A program made the translations under genes and the position numbers. The notes below the pieces were generated by a model. That model had not been told where the DNA came from. It saw only the letters and a program-made list of their open reading frames with translations, and made no database searches. This document shows, piece after piece, positions 49,341 to 60,110 of a stretch of DNA of 64,000 nt (the first letter of the stretch is position 1; each line of letters opens with the position of its first letter). This stretch comes from Scyliorhinus canicula (Eukaryota), in the NCBI RefSeq assembly GCF_902713615.1, contig NW_024055500.1, forward strand, positions 248,001 through 312,000, given 5' to 3'.

Positions 49341-49403
49341 TGAATTTTGGAAGCGGTACAAAACTTACCTTTGGACAGGGGACAAAAGTAACTGTGGTAC
49401 CAA
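49341..49403 (+). CDS. TRAJ: J-alpha segment NFGSGTKLTFGQGTKVTVVP (last J in window)
   Basis: RSS ggtttttgc-12-tgctgtg; donor gtaggt. Confidence 0.92.
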
Positions 49404-50447
49404 GTAGGTATTTATTAATAATTCTAGATTTCTTAAATATTTGTGTTTATACTTGTATATATATATGTGTGTGTGTGTGCCTGTCTGTATGTGTGTGTCT
49501 ATATGTATGTCTATGCTTGTGTTTGTCTGTGTGTGTGTGTGTATATACGTTTGAGTTGTATATGTGTGTCTTTGTGCGTCCATGTGTTCAATTCGCCCAT
49601 AAATTTGGAATATTTGCCCCATTTGATTTGCCATTTCATAATTCCATGTCCGTATTTAAGGAGAAAATGATTAGTACAGCAGGGCTAAAGGAATGGAAGA
49701 ATGGACTGATACAGTTAGATAAAGATGGTGGGATTGTTCTCGTATGGGGCAAAAACTTGAATTAACCCATTGGGCCAAGAATCATGGACTGTGGGGGACA
49801 TTTATTTGCAACATTAAGTATCATCATGTTATAGTTCATGCCTGAACATTAATCTCACGACATAGAGGTTATTCCTGTTGGTGTGCACTGAAACCTCAAT
49901 ATGTTTATGTACATGTGTGATTTTCTGTGAAATATAGAAGCATTGGCATGTTATTCCTATGTGTGCATGTGTGATGTTAAACGAGGGAGGGAGAGAGGGA
50001 CGGAGGGTGGGAGAGATGGGGAGAGAGAGAGATGGAGAGAGGGAGATGTAGAGAGGGCGACAGACAGAGGTAGAGAGAGAGTTGGGGAGAAGATTAAAAT
50101 ATGCATGTTAAATCAGGAGAGAGATGGAGGGGGAGAGATGGAGGGGGAGAGATGGAGGGGGAGAGATAGAGGGGAGAGATGGAGGGAGAGAGAGATGGAT
50201 TGGATTGGATTGGATTTATTTATTGTCACGTGTACTGACGTACAGTTAAAAGTATTTTTCTGCGAGCAGCTCAACAGATCATTCAGTACATGGGGAGAAA
50301 AGGGAACAAAAGAAAATACATAATAGGGCAACACAAGGTCCACAATGTAGTTGTACATAAGCACCGGCATCGGATGAAGCATACAGAGAGAGGTGGAGAG
50401 AGATAGAAATGGAGGGGAGAGAGAGGTGGAGAGAGAGAGGTGGAGAG

Positions 50448-50946
50448 NNNNNNNNNNNNNNNNNNNNNNNNNNNNNNNNNNNNNNNNNNNNNNNNNNNNN
50501 NNNNNNNNNNNNNNNNNNNNNNNNNNNNNNNNNNNNNNNNNNNNNNNNNNNNNNNNNNNNNNNNNNNNNNNNNNNNNNNNNNNNNNNNNNNNNNNNNNNN
50601 NNNNNNNNNNNNNNNNNNNNNNNNNNNNNNNNNNNNNNNNNNNNNNNNNNNNNNNNNNNNNNNNNNNNNNNNNNNNNNNNNNNNNNNNNNNNNNNNNNNN
50701 NNNNNNNNNNNNNNNNNNNNNNNNNNNNNNNNNNNNNNNNNNNNNNNNNNNNNNNNNNNNNNNNNNNNNNNNNNNNNNNNNNNNNNNNNNNNNNNNNNNN
50801 NNNNNNNNNNNNNNNNNNNNNNNNNNNNNNNNNNNNNNNNNNNNNNNNNNNNNNNNNNNNNNNNNNNNNNNNNNNNNNNNNNNNNNNNNNNNNNNNNNNN
50901 NNNNNNNNNNNNNNNNNNNNNNNNNNNNNNNNNNNNNNNNNNNNNN
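50448..50946. other. Assembly gap (N run) within a GA-rich tract, 1 kb after the last J
   Basis: Ns in the sequence. Confidence 1.
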
Positions 50947-51029
50947 NTCTCTCTCGATGATGCATTTTTGCAGAGAGGAGTCTGCATTGCATGGGCAAGG
51001 TGCAGATCTGACCCATTTTAAACAGCGTG

Positions 51030-51400
51030 TGTTGACAGGAAGTGTGGTAGAGAGAGAGAGAGGCGGTAAGTGGAAACTCAGATGTGACAGCGTGCTGCAG
51101 CCCGTGCAGAGAGCTGAAAGTGGGTCACTGAGAGAGAGAGAGAGAGAGAGAGAGGCACAGGAGGTGGGCGGTACAGGTGTGCACAGAGCAAGCGCGCGCG
51201 TGTGTGTGTGTTGGGGGGGTGGTGGGTGGAATGGAAAGTTCCAGAAAGCTATCTGCCCCTCGATTCTCTCTGATGCGGTCAGCGTTGTTTTCCACTGACA
51301 GCACAGACCGAGATGGGCTGACAGCCAGAAAGTGGATTTCGGTTAGACCGCACGCACAAACAACATCTCGCAAACTTGCAAAAAAAACAAAAGAACTGCA
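51030..51400. promoter_or_regulatory. Candidate T-cell enhancer island A
   Basis: CAGGAAGTGTGGT (Ets plus Runx), TGCGGT, ACCGCA, TGGAAA and E-boxes in non-repeat sequence. Confidence 0.4.
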
Positions 51401-53689
51401 ACGCACGACCAGCTGCCCTCACCTCCACTGCTCCAATTCGTCTCCTTGAGCTGCTGCCCATGAATGGAGTGTCAGGTTGTCTGATCTCCTGACGTTGCTT
51501 TGAGAGACTTGTCCCCTTATAGAACATAGAACAGTACAGCACAGAACAGGCCCTTCGGCCCTCAATGTTGTGCCGAGCCATAATCACCCCACTCAAACCC
51601 ACGTATCCACCCTATACCCGTAACCCAACAACCCTTAACCTTACTTTTATTAGGACACTACAGGCAATTTAGCATGGCCAATCCACCTAACCCGCACATC
51701 TTTGGACTGTGGGAGGAAACCGGAGCACCCGGAGGAAACCCACGCACACAGGGGGAGGACGTACAGACTCCACACAGACAGTGACCCAGCCGGGAATCGA
51801 ACCTGGGACCCTGGAGCTGTGAAGCATTTATGCTAACCACCATGCTACCCTGCTGCCCCTTGTTCGAATACAATCAGAAAGTTAGCTCACGTTCCCTGGA
51901 ATCATCACAGAATCATAGAATTTACAGTGCCGAAGGAGGCCATTCGGCCCATCGAGTCTGCACCGGCCCTCGGAAAGAGCAGCCTACCTAAGCCCCACAC
52001 CTCCCCCTTTATCCCCGTAACCCAGTAACCCCGCCCCACCATTTCTGAACACTAAGGGCAATTTATCATGGCCAATCCACCTAACCCGCACATCTTTGGA
52101 CTGTGGGAGGAAACCGGAGCTCCCGGAGGAAACCCACGCACACAGGGGGAGGACGTGCAGACTCCGCACAGACAGTGACCCAAGCCGGGAATCGAACCTG
52201 GAGCTGTGAAGCAACTGTGCCAACCGCAGTGGCTAACGTCAGGAACAGAGGAATTCGGAGCAGGAGGGAGGCCAATCAGCCCTTCCAGGGCTGCACGGCG
52301 GTTCGCACTGTTGCTTCACGGCGCCAGGGTCCCGGGTTCGATTCCCGGCTTGCTTCGCTGTCTGCGCGGAGTCTGTGCACGCCCTCCCCGTGTCTGCCCG
52401 CATTTCCTCCGGGTGCTCCGGTTTCCTCCCACAAGTCCCGAAAGACGTGCTGTTAGGTGAATAGGGCATTCTGAATTCTCCCTCTGTGCACCCGAACAGG
52501 CGCCATCGTGTGGCGGCTGGAGTATTTTCACACTAACTTCATTGCCGTGTTAATGAAAATGAAAATGGCTTATTGTCACGAGTAGGCTTCAAATGAAGTT
52601 ACTGTGAAAAGCCCCTAGTTGCCACATTCCGGCGCCTGTCCGGGGAGGCTGGTACGGGAATCGAACCGTGCTGCTGGCCTGCTTGGTCTGCTTTAAAAGC
52701 CAGCGATTTAGCCCAGTGAGCTAAACCAGCCCCTTAATGTAAGCCTACTTGTGACACGAATAAAAATGATAGATTATTATTATCAGCCTGCCCCACCATT
52801 GAATAAGATCATAGAATCATGGAGCCATAGAATTCCTACAGTGCGGAAGAAAGCCATTCAATAGGGCCATAAAACATTAAGACCATAAGATATAGAAGCA
52901 GAATTAGGCCACTCGGCCCATCGAGTCTGCTCCACCATTCAATCATGGCTGATATTCTCCCCATCGCCATTCTCCTGCCTTGTCCCCATAACCCCTGACC
53001 CCTTATTAATCAGGAACCTGTCTATCTCTGTCTTAAAGACACTCAGTGATTTGGCCTCCACAGCCTTCTGCGGCAAAGAGTTCCACCGATTCACCACCCT
53101 CTGGCTGAAGAAATTCCTCCTCATCTCTGTTTTAAAGGATTGTCCCTTTAGTCTGAGATGGTGTCCTCTGGTTCTAGATCTTCCTACAAGTGGAAACATC
53201 CTCTCCACGTCCACTCCATCTCGGGCCATTCGGCCCATCGGGTCTGTACCGACCCTCTGAAAGACCACCCTACCTCGGCCCACTCCCCCTGCACTATCTC
53301 TTAGACCCTATCTCACCTTTTGGACACAGAGGGCCAATTTAGCATGTCCAATCCACCTAACCTGCACATCTTTGGACTGTGGGAGGAAACCGGAGCACCC
53401 GGAGGAAACCCACGCAGGCACGGGGGGGGGGGGGGGGAGAAACCCACGCAGACAGTCACCCAAGGCCAGGATTGGACCTGGGTCCACTGTGCCAACCCGC
53501 TGCCCTTCATGCCCTAGGGCACCCAGATCCCTCTACATCTCAGAGCTCTGTAATCTCTCAACGTTTAGATAATACGCTTCTTTATCACTCTTCGTCCAAA
53601 GTGGACAATTTCATATTTGTCCACATGATACTCCATTTGCCACTTCTTTACCCACTCACTTAACTGATCGATATCCCTTTGTAACCTTC

Positions 53690-55600
53690 TTAGAACAAAG
53701 AACAAAGAACAATACAACACAGGAACAGGCCCTTCGGCCCTCCAAGCCTGTACCGGTCATGATAACAACCTTTGCCAAGACCCTCAGCCCTTCCTTGTGT
53801 CGTATCCCTCTATATCCATCCTATCCATGTGTTTGTCATGATGTCTTTTGAACGCCATTAATGTATCTGCTTCCACAACCTCCCCTTCGGAATGCGTTCC
53901 AGGCACTCACCACCCTCTGCGTAAAAAACCTGCCTCGCACATCTCCTCTAAACTTTGCCCCACGGACCTTAAACCTCTGCCCCCTGGTGACTGACCCCTC
54001 TACCCTAGGAAAGAGTGCCTGCCCATCCACTCTATCCACGCCCCTCATCATCTTGTAGACCTCCCTCAGGTCGCCCCTCAACCTCCGTCGTTCTAATGAA
54101 AACAGTCCGAGTCTATTCAGCCTCTCCACACAGCTAACACCCTCCAGACCAGGCAACATCCTGGTAAACCTCCTCTGCACCCTCTCCAAAGCCTCCACAT
54201 CTTTCTGGTAGTGTGGCGACCAGAATTGTGCGCAATATTCCAAGTGCGGCCTTATCAAGGTTCTATACAACCGTAGCATGACTTGCCAGTTTTTACACTC
54301 AATGCCCCGTCCAATGCAGTCAAGCATTCCGTATGTTTTCTTGACCACCTTGTCCACTTGTGTTGCCCCTTCAAAGATCGGTGGACCTGCACGCCCAGAT
54401 CTCTCTGACTTTCTATATTCCTAAGAGTTGTGCCATATATGGTACATTTCTCCTCTCTGTTAGACCTACCAACATGCATTACCTCACATTTGTCCGGGTT
54501 AAACTGCATTTGCCATTTCTCTGCCCAAGTCCCCAACCTATCTATGTCCTGCTGTATCTTCTGACAATCCTCAACACTATCTGCCACTCCACCAACCTCG
54601 GTGTCACCCGTGAATTTACGTCCTCTTCACAACTTACTTTCCCGCCTATCTTTGTGTCGTCGACAAATCTCGCAATCATACCGTCAGTCCCTCCGTCCAA
54701 GTATTGATATAAATTTCAAAATATTGAGACCCCGGCACTGATCCCTGTGGCACGCCACACATAATATTTTGTCAACCTGAGGAACCGCCAGTTCTGCCAA
54801 CTCTGTGTCCTGTTATCTGGCCAGTCTGTAATCCAATGCTGATATGTCAACTCTGACACCACCTATTCCTGGGGAGGAGGGCGGATGCCCTTGCCTTTGC
54901 CTCCCTGATCGCCCGCCGTAGAATCCTGTTTGGCTGGCGGTCAGCAGCACCGCCCAGAGCTGCGGACTGGCTGTCCGACCTCTCGGAATCTCTCCAAATG
55001 GAGAAAATCAAATTTGCCATCCGAGGGTCGGACGACGGCTTCCACAGAACGTGGGAGCCATTCATGCAACTGTTCCGGGACCTATTTGTGGCCAATGTAC
55101 AAGAGGAAGAATAGTCGGGGGAAGGTAGCGGGAGGGGGGGGGGGGGCTACAGGTTCGTTACGGGGGTTCGATGGCTAGCTAAGGCCCAAAACCAAGCTAA
55201 ATAAACATGTTGAGGGGGGGGGGGGGGGGGCGCAGTTACTACTACGAAGATGCTTACCTGTAAATATGTGTGTTAATTTTTGCGTGTTTGTTTTTGTTTG
55301 TTTTTTTTTCTCTCTCCTAACAATTTGTAATTTGTTCAATATAAAATACGAAAACTGAATAAAAACATTTATAAAAAAAAAAAAAACTCTGACACCACAA
55401 GTTTTTATTTCACACAATCATCTTTGATGTGGCACCTTATCAAATACCTTCTCGAAATCTAAGTACAGTACATCCACCGGTTCCCCTTTACCCACAGCAC
55501 ATGTGACAAAGAACTCCAATAAATTGGTTCAACGTCATTTCCCTTTCACAAAACCATGTTGACTCTACCCAATTGCCTTGAACTTATCCAAGTGCACAGC
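53690..55600 (-). mobile_element. CR1-type LINE fragment interrupted by an L1/Tx1-like insert
   Basis: RT C-terminal motifs in ORFs 53836-54357 and 54255-54587. Confidence 0.85.
54863..55386 (+). mobile_element. 5'-truncated L1/Tx1-like retroposon with poly(A) and TSD
   Basis: AATAAA plus an A-run ending at 55386; 12-bp TSD ctctgacaccac at 54851-54862 and 55387-55398. Confidence 0.75.
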
Positions 55601-55606
55601 TATAAC

Positions 55607-55932
55607 GGGCGAGATTCTCTGACCCCCCCCCCCCCGCCGGGTCGGATAATCGCCGGGGGTGGCGTGAATCCCGCCCCCTTCAGCTGCCAAATTCTCCGTG
55701 CCCCCACCCGGCGATTCGCTCCCGCCAAGCGCCGACTCACGCCGGCCGGCGGAGGCCCTTCGGTGCCAGTTGGCATGGGGCCAAGCCCCTTCCCCGGCCA
55801 GCGCGGTGCAAACCACTCCGGTGCCGGCCTAGCTCCTGAAGGTGCGGAGGATTCTGCACCTTCGGGCGGGCCGACCCCGAAGTGGTTCACACCACTCCAG
55901 CCCACCGGAGTTGCCCGCAGAATCCCGCTCAA
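55607..55932. mobile_element. GC-rich MITE-like non-autonomous DNA element; related copies near 20384, 21888-22252, 22418, 56107 and 56694
   Basis: Terminal inverted repeats gggcgagattct...agaatcccgctc. Confidence 0.6.
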
Positions 55933-57089
55933 CATCTTTAATAATGGCTTCTAACTTTTACCACATTTATTTATTTTTCTTCTTTTTTTTTATCAATTTA
56001 GAGTACCCAATAATTATTTTTTGCAATTAACAGGCAATTTATGGCCAATCCAGCTAACCTGCACATCTTTGGGTTGTCGGGGTGAAGCACACGCAGATAC
56101 AGTGGGGCTGGATTCTCTGTCCCCAGGCCATCGTGAAAACGGTGATCGTTTGCATCAGGAAAAGTGGCGTCAAAAGGCCACAAGGTCACCGCCTTGTTGG
56201 GGGCTCACAGGGAGTCGTCATGGTGCCCAGCTGCACTTCCGGGTCAGAGGTCGTGCAAGCGCATGGTGGCGGCCTCCAGCGGCCACGCCGTGTTCCATGG
56301 CCGACTCAGCCCGCGGACCTGGATCGCCGATAGTGCCCCCGATCGGCCGCTCGCCCGACCTGAACTGCCAGCGCAAAAAACAAAACCCCCAGTCCTGAAT
56401 GAGGCCCCCCCCCCCCCACTGCCCTCCGATCGGCCCTCCCTTGACTGTGGGGGTTGCCGGTGAGTCCGCAGCCGCCACACGGGTATCACCGACGGTGGGA
56501 CCATGGGTGATCCACACCGTCGGGAATTCGGCCAGTCAGGGACGGAGAATAGGGGGGGGGGGCGACCCTCAGGTAATGGCCAGAGGCGGTGGGTAATCGG
56601 CACGCCGCACTCCCAGAGTACCCCGCTCCACGACGGGGGGGGGGGGCGGAGAATCGTGGCATCGGCCCCAGTTCTGATTCGTGCAGGAAAGATGGGGCGG
56701 GATTCTCCCCTACCCGGTGGGGCGGGGGGTCCCGGCGCCGAGGAGTGGCATGTATCACTCCGGCGTCGGGCCACCCCTAAGTTGCGGAATCCCCCGCGCC
56801 TTCAGGGGCTAGGCCGACGCCGGAGTGGTTTGCGGCGGGCGGCGGCGAAGGGCCTCCGCCGGCCGGCGCGGGTTGGCGCACGCGTGCGTGCTGGCGTCAT
56901 CCCAGCGCATGCACGGAGGGCTTCGTCTCCCCACCAGCCATGGTGGACGGGTACAGCCGCAGGTGCAGAAGAATAGAGCACTCCCACGGCACAGGCCCAC
57001 CCGCGGACCGGTGAGCCCCGATCGCGGGCCAGGCCACCGTGGGGGGCACCTCCCAGGGCCAGATCCCCCCCGCGCCCCCCCCCCCCCCA

Positions 57090-58230
57090 GTGCCCGCCTC
57101 TACCACCTCCGCTGGCAAAACGTTCCAGGCACCCACCACCCTCTGTGTAAAAAACTCTCCACGCACATCTCCCTTAAACTTTCCCCCTCTCACCTTGAAA
57201 TCGTGACCCCTTGTAATTGACACCCCCACTCTTGGAAAAAGCTTGTTGCTATCCACCCTGTCCATACCTCTCATAATTTTGTAGACCTCAATCAGGTCCC
57301 CCCTCAACCTCCGTCTTTCCAACGAAAACAATCCTAATCTACTCAACCTTGCTTCATAGCTAGCACCCTCCATACCAGGCAACATCCTGGTGAACCTCCT
57401 CTGCACCCTCTCTAAAGCATCCACATCCTTCTGGTAATGTGGCGACCAGAACTGCATGCCGTATTCCAAATGTGGCCTAACCAAAGTCCTATACAACTGT
57501 AACATGACCTGCCGACTCTTGTACTCAATACCCCGTCCGATGTAGGCAAGCATGCTTCTTGACCGCTCTATCAACCTGCGTTGCCACCTTCAGGGTACAA
57601 TGGGCCTGAACTCCCAGATCTCTCTGTACATCAATTTTCCCCAGGACTCTTCAATTGACCGTATAGTCCGCTCATGAATTAGATCTTCCAAAATGCATCA
57701 CCTCGCATTTTCTTGGATTGAACTCCATCTGCCATTTCTCTGCCCAACTCTCCAATCTATCTATATTTTGTTGTATTCTCTGACAGTCCTCCTCGCTATC
57801 TGCAACTCCACCAATCTTAGTATCATCTGCAAACTTGCTAATCAGACCACCTATACCTTCCTCCAAGTCATTTATGTATATCACAAACAACAGTGGTCTG
57901 AGCACAGATCCCTGTGGAACACCACTAGTCACCCTTCTCCATTTTGAGACACTCCCTTCCACCACTACTCTCTGTCTCCTGTTGCCCAGCCAGTTCTTTA
58001 TCCATCTAGCTAGTACACCCTGAACCCAATACGACTTCACTTTTGCCATCAACCTGCCATGGGAAACCTTATCAAACGCCTTACTAAAGTCCATGTATAC
58101 GACATCTACAGCCCTTCCCTCATCAATTAACTTTGTCACTTCCTCAAAGAATTCTATTAGGTTTGTAAGACATGACCTTCTCTGCACAAAACCATGCTGC
58201 CTATCACTGATAAGTCTATTTTCTTCCAAA
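57090..58230 (-). mobile_element. CR1-type LINE RT fragment
   Basis: [35 protein letters not shown] motifs. Confidence 0.92.
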
Positions 58231-59384
58231 AATAGACTTATCAGTGATAGGCATAGACAGAGTGGATAGTCAGAGGCTTTTTCCCAGGGTAGAGGGGTCA
58301 ATTACTAGGGGGCATAGCATAAATGCTTCACAGCTCCATAGTCCCAGGTTCGATTCCCGGCTGGGTCACTGTCTGTGCGGAGTCTGCACGTCCTCCTCGT
58401 GTGTGCGTGGGTTTCCTCCGGGTGCTCCGGTTTCCTCCCACAGTCCAAAGATGTGCGGGTTAGGTGGGTTGGCCATGCTAAATTGCCCGTAGTGTCCTAA
58501 AAAGTAAGGTTAATGGAGGGTTGTTGGATTACAGGTATAGGGTGGATATGTGGGTTTGAGTAGGGTGATCATTGCTCGGCACAACATCGAGGGCCGAAGG
58601 GCCTGTTCTGTGCTGTACTGTTCTATGTTCTATGTTCTATAGGTTTACGTTGCGAGGGGCAAGGTTTAGAGGAGATGTACGAGGCAGGTTTTTTACATAG
58701 AGGGTAGTGGGTGCCTGGAACTCGCTGCCGGAGGAGGTGGTGGAAGCCGGGACGATAGTGACATTTAAGGGGCATCTTGACAAATACATGAATAGGATGG
58801 GAATAGAGGGATACAGACCCCGGAAGTGTAGAAGATTTTACTTTAGACGGACAGCATGGTCGGCAAGGGCTTGGAGGGCCGAAGGGCCTGTTCCTGTTCT
58901 GTACTTTTCTTTGTTCTTTGTTAACACTGCAGTGAAGTTATTGTGAAAATCCCCTGGTCGCCACACGATGGCGCTGTTCGGGTACAGAGAGGGAGAATTC
59001 AGAATGTCCAATTCACGTAACAGCACATCTTTGGACTGTGGGAGGAAACCGGAGCACCCGGACGGGAAACCCACGCAGACACGGGGAGAACGTGCAGACT
59101 CCGCACAGACAGTGACCCAAGCTGGGAATCGAAGCCGGGACCCTGGCGCTGTGAAGCAACAGTGCGAAGCATTGAGCTACTGAGATTAAGAGCGATTAAG
59201 AGATTGAAAAGGACATTCGGCCATTGACGTGCCCCCTGGTATTACTGAAACAGGGCTGGGCGAAGCGTCTTCTTCAATTCCTGATGATTTTCCAACGAGC
59301 TCTCTGCTCGTGTGCCAACCACCCCCACCCCCAAAGAAAGAGGGTGGCATTGGGTCACTTCAAACACAGGACAAGGAAACAGGT

Positions 59385-60110
59385 TTGGAAATGAAGGAGA
59401 TTGCCATCGACTTCAGGAAGCGTAGTGGCGAACATGCCCCTGTCTACATCAATGGGAATGAAGTAGAAAGGGTCGAGAGCTTCAAGTTTTTAGGTGTACA
59501 GATCACCAACAGCCTGTCCTGGACCCCCCCATGCCGACACTATAGTTAAGAAAGCCCACCAACGACTCTACTGTCTCAGAAGACTGAGGAAATTTGGAAT
59601 GTCAGCTACGACCCTCACCAACTTCTACAGATGCACCATAGAAAGCATTCTTTCTGGTTGTATCACAGCTTGGTATGGTTCCTGCTCTGCCCAAGACAGC
59701 AGGAAACTACAAAAGGTTGTGAATGTAGCCCAGTCCATCACACAAACCAGCCTCCCATCCATTGACTCTGTCTATAATTCCCGCTGCCTCAGAAAGGCAG
59801 CCAGCGTAATTAAGGACCCCACGCACCCCGGACATACTCTCTTCCACCTCCTTCCGTCAGGAAAAAGATCCCAAAGTTTGAGGTCACGCACCAACCGACT
59901 CAAGACCAGCTTCTTTCCCACTGCCATCAGGCTTTTGAATAGACCCACCCCGTATTAAGTTGATCTTTTCTCTACACCTTGCTATAACTGTAACATTATA
60001 TTCTGCAGCCTCTACTTCCTTCCCTATGTACGGTATCCATCGTTTGTGAAGCATGCAAGACCCAATACTTTTCACTGTCGACATGTGACAATAATAAATC
60101 AAATCAAATT
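59385..60110 (+). mobile_element. Rex1/Babar-like LINE 3' fragment; related pieces near 10715-11200, 20490-21050(-), 47230-47735 and 50200-50380(-)
   Basis: KKAHQRLY.LRRLRKFGMS..FYRCTIESILSGCITAWYG motif; 3' end gtgacaataa(atcaa)n. Clade assignment is from recall. Confidence 0.7.

Noticed and set aside
50279-51298. Long ORFs spanning the N runs (also 15951-16918)
   Set aside because: Artefacts of translating through gaps and simple repeats.
53983-53997. Perfect CTCF core CACCAGGGGGCAG on the minus strand
   Set aside because: It lies inside CR1 coding sequence (SVTRGQRF) with no locus-specific context, so it was not called as regulatory.
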